From Entomortierella parvispora E1425 (taxonomy: Eukaryota; Fungi; Mortierellomycota): a DNA stretch of 64,000 nucleotides. A program made the translations under genes and the position numbers. The DNA lies in NCBI GenBank assembly GCA_020891255.1, contig BQFW01000003.1, positions 1,488,001 to 1,552,000 of the forward strand, in the 5' to 3' direction. The notes under the pieces were generated by a model that was given only the letters and a program-made list of their open reading frames with translations, was not told where the DNA came from and did no database searches. Below are positions 33,815-44,374 of the stretch, piece by piece (within the stretch, counting starts at the first letter, position 1; the number at the start of each line of letters is the position of its first letter).

Positions 33815-34965
33815 TTGACCGAGGGGGGGCAAGTTAGCAATGGTGGGCATGGTTGTGTAACGCAAAAAGCTCGACCATTCTGTCAAGAAGAAAGCCGTCG
33901 ATTTCATTCCAGGATTTTTTGATTTTATGATTTTCACGCGTGTAAACTTCATGCGGGCACCGTCCGTGCATTCGTTCCATCTCATTCACAACATGCATGC
34001 ATTCAGCCATTCATCTCTTCTTCCGTCCCTTCACTGCTAGCTGTCGCTTGCTGCCAGAAATATCGCAGTCCTTGACTTCCTTCTGTGGCTGTCTGACTGA
34101 ATATCTACGATACACCCGAAAGATAACTTATTTTATTTTAATAAGTCGCGTTTGTGGGCAGGTGGGCCATTTGTGCCCAGTGGTGAAACCAACGTGCGTA
34201 TAAGGGCCGTGGTTCCGTTTGAGAAGAACCCTGAGAGAAGGGCTTGATACTTCTCACAAATAAGGAAGAAAGGCCACGTTGGTCAACATGGACGATCAGG
34301 AGCACGGAGCGGAAGGGGATTGGGGTTGAACTATCGTCACTCCTTATGACACTCAAGCAGTTGGTGCTCTTTTGACACTTCGCATGAGTTCCAGACCGCA
34401 GCCATCGAACACTAATAATGTTGGATCGAGAGTCAAAGTCGATCCAAGCAGAAATGCGCTCTAGCCAATGCTTAAGTAAAGAAAATTCCCACATGTTGCA
34501 GAGGAAGCAGGGAATCGCCTGCTAGGAGGTAAATAAACAAGGCGCCGATAAATAATACATTGTCAACAAGTGGCATCACTTTGGGTCTATGCCCCACCCG
34601 AGGTACTCCAAGTGGTGGAGTGGACTCAATTACGTTCGAGCAAAGTCAGTATCAGGGGACCCAAAGAGTTGTTAATACACGACAAAGTGCTTGCTTGTAG
34701 TTTTTTTACACAGGTTTTTTTAAATAGTATTTCAACGAATCTTGAGCAAGGAATGGTTCGTTCGTTCTGGGATGAAGATCATCGATTCTGAAAAAGAAAA
34801 GGAAAAAAAAATAAAAGCCAAGAGAAAAAAAAAGTACAAGTCCTTTTTGGGCTCGTCAAAGTTGATAATGACCGCGACGTTAACATTGTTGCGGCGGCTA
34901 ACTGTTTGGTAGGAACCATGTCTTGGTTCGACAAAATGGATGGCTGCAGGTGAACTCGAGCCCTT

Positions 34966-36647
34966 CTATTGCACCTCCACATCCACAAAAGTGACAGGTA
35001 ACTTGAACAACTTTTGTAACTTGTCACATTGGACGGGGTCGGGATGGAGATCCGCAGTGATCTTCCTCAGGTGTGTCCAGTTGGTGCACATCCACCTAAT
35101 GTCTTCCTCGTGCAGGATTTGATCTGTTCCATGAAACAAGAAAGTGCCCAACTGTACCAGCGGTGCAAGTTCTTGGAGACCGCGAGAAGCCAAAATGAGA
35201 TGAGGGGCCCTAGAGTCTTCTCGCCTATTGTCCGGCATCCAGAATTCCAGGTACCTTAGATTGACCAACTCTCCTACCCGCCTGAGGGCGGGTTTATCCC
35301 AGCCAATCGAATCGTCTTTGGGGAATAATAAGGCGAAGGACAGATGTTGGAGGTCTTTGCACATCCACTTCCCGCGGTTGTGAAGACCTCTCGCTTCGTA
35401 AAGGTGCCTGATTGCTTTGGCCTGAGCGATCTCTCCTTGGGCTTCCTCAGCCATTATGAGAGCATCATCAGCCTTTGTGTCGGCTGCTTCTTGTTCGTCG
35501 CGCTTGAGATTGGACCACCGATAGTCAATAAGATCATGGGCGTCAATAATGGCCCCCCGGAAAGAAACCAGGCATGGACAGTTCTCCATTATGTACTGAC
35601 CCATCCAGCCCCGCAGGTTCTCGCACTTGTACAAATTTAGCTCTGCCAAAGTACTAAAGTGCAACTCCAGACCTGCAAGAGAGCGGAACCAAAAGCTGGT
35701 GCCATAGACGGTGACGTTTTCGAGTTGAGCTCCTGGCGTGCCTAGACGAGATCCCGAGGCCTTCAGCATGAGAGCGACGATTAAGTCGTGGAGCGACGTG
35801 GTGCTGTTATGCAAACTGATGCTGTTGAGACCTGGCCAGTCTTGGTTCAAAAGATCTTCGCGACAGATGTCCATCTCCGTGTCGCTGGTACCAGTACTGT
35901 CCCAGTACAGTGACCTCAAGTTTGGGCAGCTCGTAGCCCACTCCAGCTGTTGACTGAAGGGAAGACTTGACCGGTGGAGGGTGAGGTTCAACATTCTGGA
36001 TTTGATGTTGCCACTTCGCCCGATTTGGGACTCGTAGACCTTGAATGTAACGAGCGACTGCAAGTGCGGCAGTATTGCTGCGACAGGTTCTCTGAGAAGA
36101 ATCATATTCAAGGTCAGCGAGTCCAAAGGGGGGCATGCCAGCAGAATATCGTTCCACAGGAGCCCCCTAATCACGAGCGGAAGGGTATCCTCAAGGTGGA
36201 GATTTTTTAATCCCGGGAGCTTCCTGACAAGTTCGGTGGCGTTCACGAGGCTGTTATCAGGGGCTCCAATGAATTGCAGTTTCAATTCGGAAACATTGGG
36301 GTAAGGATTGGGCTGGAGGCTGTACAGGGTCATGATATCCATGTTGTTCTTGGTTCCTGTGCCTTCTTTGAAAGAGAGGTCTCGAATTCGAAAGGCATTT
36401 GCCTGCAGCGAGGCGACCGGAAGTTGGATGCCCCTCTTCGGAAGAGAGCCGAGTTCATAATATGGCACCACAACTTGTTCACCCTTGCTGTCCGCGCAAT
36501 AGTTCGAAGATCGCCCATGTGACTCAGCTTCCAGCTGACAAGTAGCACTATGTTTGGGTCATTTAGAGCAACCTTGAAAACAGGATAGGCAATAGTGTTA
36601 GAACATGGAATGAGAGTGCCATCTGCAGCCACGTTTTTTCTCATCAT
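34966..36647 (-). pseudogene. F-box/RNI-like LRR gene with one frameshift near 36440 (pseudogene or sequencing error)
   Basis: The F-box-like DPNIVLLVSWKLSHMGDLRTIARTARVNKLWCHIM is in one frame. The 501-aa LRR body (LKNLHLED, CPNLRSLYW, WMCKDLQHL, WMCTNWTHLRKI) is in the next frame. Confidence 0.7.
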
Positions 36648-37351
36648 GCGCCATACGTGGGCTGGATTAACCATTTATGTGTTTGATCGTGGGTTGGAGA
36701 GACAAAAACGGTCGAGATGGTTTCTGAGGCTGCTGGCGATGATTACAAGGGTGATAGTGAGGGTGGAACTTGGGATAGTGGATGGGATGGTGGGATAAGA
36801 AGGGGGAAGCCAAAGGGGAGAGTAAGAGTGGTGGAGTAAAGGTAGGGAACAACAGGGGATGTTCAGCGTGGTTTATATGAGGTCCAGCCGATCAGTGGTC
36901 GCAATCAGTGATTGACTCGTTTCCAAACACATATCCACACAATCGGACCTTCCCGTTTTGCCCCTCTGATCTGCTGCAGGACAATATTGTCGCTTGGCCA
37001 GACAACAATAGAATAAAGACACATAGCCTTGTTATTTAATTCTTCTCTTTTGTTCTTTGCACTGGCTGCTTGAAAGGTGTCTGGTGTGGTTTTGATTCGA
37101 TCAAAGATACCCTCGGCGCTTAATTGGGAAAAGCGCTCATCTAACAGTTCTTGACGGCATGGGTGGTGTATAGGAGAGGACGACATGTTACCAACAATTT
37201 CGCATACCAAAAATACAAGAGCCTCCATTTAACGCATACGACCTTTTATAGCCATTGTGGACAAAGAAGGCCCAAGAACGGATGAAAGGGTAACTCCAGA
37301 CCCTTCCCCAGAATACTTAAAAAGGATATGAATACATTTGAAGACAAGGTT

Positions 37352-39875
37352 CTAGTGATGGAGGCCCAAAAAGCCATAGGTTCGGTACATGCGTTTGGTA
37401 GTGCGTAGTCTCTGATGGACTGTAAGAGAGCTTTCCTCAATTTCACGCAGATCTTCCAACACCTTGTCCCTCAGACCCTCGGTTCGTGTGAGGCGAGAGG
37501 CAAACGTTCTCAGCAAATGAACCTCGCACAAAATGAGGCCCTGAGTCCTGTAGGGAACCTTGCCCTTCTTAGCCCTGATCCTGGACAGCCTATCAGAGGA
37601 CAAGTTGATTTGTTGAAGAGTGTTGAACAGGGGTTCCACAGATGAGGAGCGCGATGAATCGACGGATCCTTCAATTGGTCGACCATGTCGTTCTTCGTCT
37701 GCGATGTTCTCGTAATCATCAGAGAACTGCCCATTGCTGGCCTGTCCGTGTTCCGTGGACCGATGCGATTCCGAGTCCATATTCTTTGCTCGGGATGAGG
37801 TACGCGCCACATCATCACCATCGGTTGAGGCCAGGTTCAACAGCCTCTCAACCTGTCTTAACGAGTTTTTCATCTGTAATGATACCACGCCAAGATTCCT
37901 TCCAGCTATGCGCTGCCATGTGCTCTTTGCCTGTGAAGAAACTGCCCAGAGTAGCAGCAAACTGGGTCCAACAGCCAAGAATGCAAAGTTGAGCTCATTG
38001 GCCTTCAACAGCTTATCCAGAGCCGCCATGGCCACCTCAACATCAACTTTGGTCTTCTGAACTTGAATCAGTAATGTTTGGAGAAGGTTGCCAGTTACCG
38101 CTCCTTTGAGGGGTGCCTATGAATAACAAGAGCACAGTTGAGGACAAACCAAAGTTCCTTCTTGGGGCGCCACCAGCAATAGATAATCCAGCGGTCTCAT
38201 ACCTTCAAGTCCTGCTCATAGGCTCGCATCACAGCCGAAATATCGCCGTTATGAACGGCATGCGAGAGTCGTTCAAGATCTTCAGGTCCCATGTGTAAAT
38301 GTTCCTTTCCGAAATCCAATACCATGCGTTCTAGGCTCTATCAAGTTATGACAATGGCTGGTTACTATACTAGCCTTGTACGACAATATGTGAGAAATAC
38401 AAGGTATTAGCGTGAAAACGACGTGTTCCTTACTGCAATATCAGACTTTAGGCTTTCATTTCCAAGCATTTGCAATGAGCCCTGGTCATCGCTGTGTCGG
38501 ATGATGGTCATAATTCTCCTGGACGGTTCCCAGACCCAATCCGCTACAAAGCGCCTTACAGTCTCCCAAGCCTCATCGATAAGTTCATCCAAATCCGCGC
38601 GGTGCTCGCTCACATATTGGAGTCCATATTTCAATCCGAAATATCCAATCAAAGTGGGAATCCAGATTCTGGTAATCCAGGAGGGTCGATAAAACTGCTG
38701 GGCTCGAGTCTCCGTCTCATCCGTGTACCGAGGTATTTGGATCTGGATCAGGTCCTTTAAATGAGAAAGTGTCTCATTACTACTAAGACTGGCGACCCCA
38801 CGTAAATCTCCAATGATGGTCAATGAGCGCGAAGCAGCTCTGAATGATGAGCTGAACTTTCTTTGCTGAGTGGTGTCGGTGAGCTTGTGGGTGTCCTTGG
38901 AAGCTTTGTCGAGCACTCGTTCCATGAGACAAATTGTTTTGGAGACCTGTTCTTGGACAAACTCCTCTGTCTGTCCAGTTGCGAATCCCTCCTGCTCCAA
39001 GCACTCGGGAGCCAAATGGAGTCCTTGTTCAGCCAAGAGACCGAGGCATTCAGCCTGATATTCCCGAAGCTGTTGCAAGTGTCGACGGTGGTGTGAAATC
39101 TCGTAATGGATCGCCTCTGGGAAAGAGACGGGCTGGGAGATCAAATGTCTACTCAGGAATGTGGGAAAGTACTGCAGAAGTTGAAGAATGTGCGTCGCTT
39201 TATCTTCAACCTGACTAGTTCCGATTAACGAGTCGATGTGTTCGCGAGTTGACTCAATCACGCTCTTCGTGAGCAAGAAAAATCGGTGTGGAGATGCTAT
39301 TATAGCAAGGGACAACACGAGTTAGCATGAGTTTGTGTCGTTTCCATACTGTAATCGGGTGGCGCGTTATTTATCTTACTCTGGAGAATATAGAGGAGTT
39401 TCCACGAACGGTTGTCCAGAAGTGATTGCCAGTACTCTATCTCGGCCGCCAAGGGTAGGGTCGCATTAAGGATGTTGTCCAGTAAGTTGAGGTATACCGA
39501 GATAGTACACTTTGCGATGAATAGGTGCTGTAAGCGAGCAAGTTCGTTTCCATCTTGGGATTCAGACACGGTAGTAGAAATCGACTTGTCTGAAAGAGCT
39601 TCAACCTTTTCAATCTCTAGAAGAACGCGCTCCATGGAAGGGACAACCCCAGAACGCAGATCCAAGATATCGATCGAAGACCGGAGTCCGTTTCTGAGGG
39701 CGATTTCAGCTTGACCAGAGACTGCACGCTGGTGTCTCTGTTTTTTGTGGCTGGGTGGCGAGGACACGGCAGCATCTTGCATGCCACCTTCCAAAGGCGC
39801 TTGGGCATCGAGGTGAAACAGCTGCACCAAATCGGTGTTAAGATGCTGTAGTCTGTCTGTAATGAATGTTCCCAT
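37352..39875 (-). CDS. NCA2: Nuclear control of ATPase protein 2 (NCA2), multi-exon
   Basis: WIPTL...FVADWVWEP..IMTIIRH; SLERMVLDF...MRAYEQDLK; AMAALDKLLKANELNFAFLAVGP; GLILCEVHLLR. Confidence 0.88.
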
Positions 39876-40035
39876 GGTTGGCTCCTGTTCGATCTGAAGA
39901 TGTTGTGTGGGAAGGAGCATGCTCGGTCGCGCGTTTCGTCATCTTATGTATTCACGTGATACTGTTTTGTTGACTTTTGCCACCAATTTTGCTCTCTGAG
40001 CCTCTTTCGTTTCCTCCATTACACATCGCAGCACC

Positions 40036-40714
40036 ATGGTTCTCATCTCTATACCCGCTTCAGCCTCGAGAAATGCACCAGCGACTACTTTTGCGACCTG
40101 TTGTGATACTCAGTCAACTATCATGCTCGAGTTCCAGGGAATGATTGAAATGGATGGAACAACTTGGGCTGGAAACCAGCTTGGGCAACTCTCTATCCTC
40201 GACGGGGTATGCTCTTATCCAGCCCCACTTCTTCTCCTGCAGGCAAACACTATTATGACGCAATCAAATACTCATAGGATATCTTCAACGTTAGGGAGTC
40301 AAAGCACAACTTGTCATTGGAAACCATCGTCTGGACGGCAAGGTTATTAAGCTGGACAAGCCCTTGCTTTTGATACAAAAACAGCGGCCAAGCAAGGACA
40401 CTGTCGAGGACTTGAGCATTCCAAAGACTATGAACGACGAGGATTATGGAAACCGCCGATCATCTTTTGATGTAAGGTCATCATCACCACCTTGGCATGG
40501 AGACCATGATAACGATGATACAATGATGTCGACTGGCGCAGGACCAACGACGGATATAGAAGCGATGGACCCAATGGCGCCATCGAGCATCAAGGACACA
40601 GTTCAATACAACACAGTAGCAGTGATCCGTCAAAAGATTCTGTTCAACGTCATGCCAGTGCCTATCATTCACACGGAACGCAGGGGGCTGACAGTCATCA
40701 AACGTGGCGTATAG
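40036..40714 (+). CDS. CTF8: Chromosome transmission fidelity protein 8 (Ctf18-RFC subunit), 2 exons
   Basis: IMLEFQGMIE...LGQL|GVKAQLVIGNHRLDGKVIKLDKPL...YNTVAVIRQKILFNVMPVPII; intron 40207-40294. Confidence 0.85.
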
Positions 40715-41174
40715 ACAGCGCACGACATAGAAACCCTCTTCCGCCTATTGTATCATAGTAAAATCAACTGTCACCAAAGACATATGGATACTGCTTGCTC
40801 GCTTGTGTAGTAATAATTGATTCTATCTACTGGAATCGATGCTCCCCGGGATTTCTTTGATCACTTGAAAGAGGCTACAGTAGAGCTGTTTGATGGTAGC
40901 TCTTCAAGCGCTCTTTAAGGAGAGTCGCTGGGTCAAACAAACCAAACCTAACATCGTCTCCACGATCAAACCACAAGAACAGGGCCATGTCTATTATTGT
41001 CATCAGGGGATGATGTCCCATTGGGGACTAGGAAGGTCCCATTGCAGAGGTCTCTATTTAATTTAGTAACAAAAGGATAAAAATCGATATATCTGCTGCG
41101 TGGGCATCAGCGACCGATTTTTGGATGGTCCCCTTCCTCTTTTCCTGGCTCGCTCCCCTCCGTCTCCCAGCTCG

Positions 41175-41200
41175 AGTGACCCTCCCTGTCGGTATAAAAG
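41175..41200 (+). promoter_or_regulatory. AGTGACC-N9-GGTATAAAAG bipartite promoter-like motif
   Basis: Third occurrence of the motif. Confidence 0.5.
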
Positions 41201-41219
41201 TGAGGCATTATTTTTTCTG

Positions 41220-41290
41220 AAGAACCTCATAAATAGGCAAAGGACTCCTGTCCTTCGCCTGATTTGGACCTCGGTGTACTACACCGAGGT
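41220..41290 (+). ncRNA. Candidate Sm-site structured small RNA, locus 3 (stem-loop / Sm-like site / stem-loop)
   Basis: AGGC-A-AAGGAC-tcct-GTCCTT-C-GCCT at 41235-60; ATTTGG at 41262-67; inverted repeat ACCTCGGTGT-act-ACACCGAGGT at 41268-90. Confidence 0.35.
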
Positions 41291-41938
41291 AAATTATCTT
41301 TTTTGAACAGAGAAAAAAAAAACAATATGATATAGCTTCCTCTCTGAGCGTGGATCCTCTTTAAAAACATTCATCAGGGGGAAGACGTCCTTCTGTTCAC
41401 GCGTTTGAAAAAAAAGATCGGACGATGAACCCTGATTTTGAGGTACAGATATCCTGTTGGAGGCACAAACACCAATCGACGCGAAAAATTTAGAGCTTCG
41501 GGGGGGGGGGCATCAGGTTTGGAGATGCTGTTTCCATCCATCGTGCTCTCATGGCACGCGACGAACTGATGCCAAGTCCTCTGAACAGCAATCTGTTTCT
41601 GCAGGAGGAATGTCGCTTATAGGTCCACAGTCGAGTCTCGCAAAGATGTCGGCAATACAACTGGCATCGTTGAGCTAAAGGATATCCCATGATCTGGCGA
41701 CATTGATATCAAAATCGGTTCAGCCGAGGCCCCTCTCCATGTCGGACGTCTTCCGCTTTGATCCACCAAGCTCCACGGCCTCTGAAACCCCTGGTAGCGT
41801 GGATTTCAGTTGAAAAGATTTTGTCCGCTTCAGAGTTGTATCCATATAAGGAGGATTGACCAAGCTGTTGTTTCCTTCCTTCATGGAAAATAGCGCCCGG
41901 TTAAAGTCAGGTAAGCTTGTTTATTCGCGTAGTTGTGG

Positions 41939-43685
41939 TCAAGACTGGAGGATCGACTCTAATGACGAGTTCTTTTCTCCTGTTGGAAAGGACATTCCTG
42001 TTTGAGTCTATGCAGGCAAGGCAACGGGGAACACCATATGGTTCAATAAGGGCTAATCAACACAGTTTTTGCCATTGAATTTTGAGCACACACTTACAGC
42101 GCTGTTCATCATCTTTTGCTTGAGGTCGACTATCAGAGAATAACAAAGTGTAGACAGATGTGTAAAGTAGTGTCAGTGGTTGGTTTGAAGTCCATTGTCT
42201 GTTGTCCATGCCCAATGACTCTGGAATGTTGAGCTCAATTACCAAACTCCTGTTCTGAGAGCGGTCCAAATTTGATGGTGTTGTGGTTTGGGAAATTGTT
42301 GTACAGATGTGATTCCGTGATAGAAAGCTGTGCCCACTGCTGCGCCAACTTTGCGAAAATATTGTTCTCGTTCCGGTACCTAGGTTTGAGTAGGGTTGAG
42401 GGATGAAATAGAGGGTTTTTTAGGATGCTAACTACCGAGAGCAGTTCGGGAACGATAAACTGTGAAAATACATGGCACCCACATGCGGTAAGCCTCCTTG
42501 TTGACGGCCTGTTTTTCCACAACCGTGTCCAGCACACACTTTTTGAATGCTGCCTTAATAAAGTGCAGGACATGGAATAGATAATCCCGATGAGGTCGCC
42601 ACTGTGGGAACTGGTACTGAAGAGCCAAGTATCCATGATTGTCGATCAAAGGGTGGAATGAAGTGTCGGTCAAGAACTGGACTACTGGCCTCCGATCCGG
42701 GTATTCCTGAGGGATGATCAGCTGAAACTTGAAGACAGCATTGCGATAATAGCCTTTGTGAACGAACAGCGTCCCGAACCACACTATTTTTTTTTTTTTT
42801 TTTGAAAAAAAAGAGAACAAAATTATAAGAAAGCCAGCAGGGGTAAAGGGGACTCGATCGACCTGATAGATCCCGTGTGTTGGCCAAGATTAGAATGCCC
42901 TTGACCCCCTAGTTGCTCCGCGATGATGCTGTGGCCAGTCCAAACCCAAAGATCCTGCAGCCGCTGACTGACAACTCTCATGACTGGTGTCATCGTTCCT
43001 CTCCTGCTCTGTCCCTGACTCACTCTGCCAGGTCCTCTTTCTCGTTTCCTTTGTTCCTTTGTTCCTTATTAGACAATGCTCCATGTGCTGTGGTGCTGTT
43101 TGCTCCAATGGTTTTGTTCTGATATCCTGGGTAAACGTACAGTTCAAGTTATCTGTCGCAGGCATAACATAGAGCCCCGATGGACAGTGATGTGGATTTC
43201 TCAGGTTGGAGCTAGAAGATGAAAAAAAAAAGCCATCAGGTTAATGATATGTCTGAGGATTTGGTCCTTTCTTTCAACCTCAACAAGCTAGTAAAACATA
43301 AAAAGGCAGAAACAAGCGCGACACCACCAGTCGTCCCAAGAAAACGCGTCTTGTCAAAAAGAAAAAAAACGTACAATTCAATGGTCAACTCATATTTACG
43401 GAAAAAGTCAGAGTAGAGTTGAGGTCTGGCAGCAGTGGCGGGTCTGACCATGCCTCCAGCGGCCTGAGTAGCCTGTTGTTGCTGTTGCTGCTGGCGCTGT
43501 GAGTATTCCTGCTCTGGATGGAAGTGATTATCATGGCCCTGCTGTTGGAAAGTCAGGGAGGAAGAAGGGGCCAGAGAGGCATGGTGCTGAGGTTGCGGCT
43601 GCAAGATCTGTGGGTGCTGGTGCGAGGATGCGCTCCCTCCCATGACGGCACTAGTGGTCCTGGATCGAGGTTGAAAGAGGTTCAT
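41939..43685 (-). CDS. AKTIP/FTS-like ubiquitin E2 variant (UBC-like), multi-exon
   Basis: FFRKYELTIE; VWFGTLFVHKGYYRNAVFKFQLIIPQEYPDRRPVVQF...FHPLID; LFHVLHFIKAAF; NKEAYRM|YRNENNIFAKLAQQWAQLS. The 3' exons are tentative. Confidence 0.8.
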
Positions 43686-44146
43686 TGAATGAACAAATGA
43701 ATGAATGCAAAGGAGGAAAGGGAATAGACCAGGGTGCTCGAGGCAAAGGATGAACTCGCTGCAAGAACAGAAAAAAAAAAAAAAAAAAAAAAAAAAGGGA
43801 CAAAGGCAGGGCAGGGCAGGGGAATGGAGTGGGGGTGGAGTTGGAAAAGGGGCGGCGGGCAAGAGGGAGGGGGATGGATGGACACACACGGACTAGGACA
43901 AGAACATGGGATGGCAAGGGAGGGACGGGATGATGAAAAAGAAAGAGAGGAAAGAAAAGAGGGGAAAAAGAGAGCGGAGCATGAGTGCATGCATGCATCT
44001 CCCAGGCAGGAGGAGCTCATCTCTCCCACTCCGACGGACAGACGACAAGCGGGGTCACATCACAGAGCAGACAGAGCAGACAGAGGCAGACAGACACAGA
44101 GACCACGCGTGTTGTTCCTTGGGGAGGATGGATGAAAGCTGCTTGG

Positions 44147-44182
<36 letters not shown>
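44147..44182. repeat. (AGAC)9 microsatellite
   Basis: Direct read. Confidence 0.95.
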
Positions 44183-44374
44183 GACCCCTTGTTCCGCCCG
44201 TCTGTTCCTGTTTCATTGTTCCTTGTGCACCGTGGTTGCTCTGCCGCCTTCATTTTCCCTTTCGTGCCTTGTTCCTTCCTTCCCTCGTTCCTTCTCTCTC
44301 TTCTCTTTCCTCGTCCGCCTTTCTTCTTTTCCGCCCACTCTCTCCACTCCAGCTCACAACCTCTTTTTTTTCGC

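Larger units (their letters stand above)
33020..34010 (-). repeat. Dispersed repeat copy 2 (inverted relative to copy 1)
   Basis: Collinear diverged match to 17170-18140. Confidence 0.9.

Noticed and set aside
37230-37255. Fourth TATAAAAG with a downstream ATTTTTGG on the minus strand
   Set aside because: It lacks the upstream AGTGACC and the CCTCGGT hairpin, so it was not counted as a family member
17440-41290. Assigning the three Sm-like loci to U1/U2/U4/U5/U11/U12/U4atac
   Set aside because: Hallmark sequences (ACUUACCUG, GUGUAGUA, GCCUUUUAC and others) are absent
42428-42820. E2 enzyme lacking its catalytic Cys (FHPLID..GYLAL)
   Set aside because: This is expected for AKTIP/FTS-type E2 variants and is not novel
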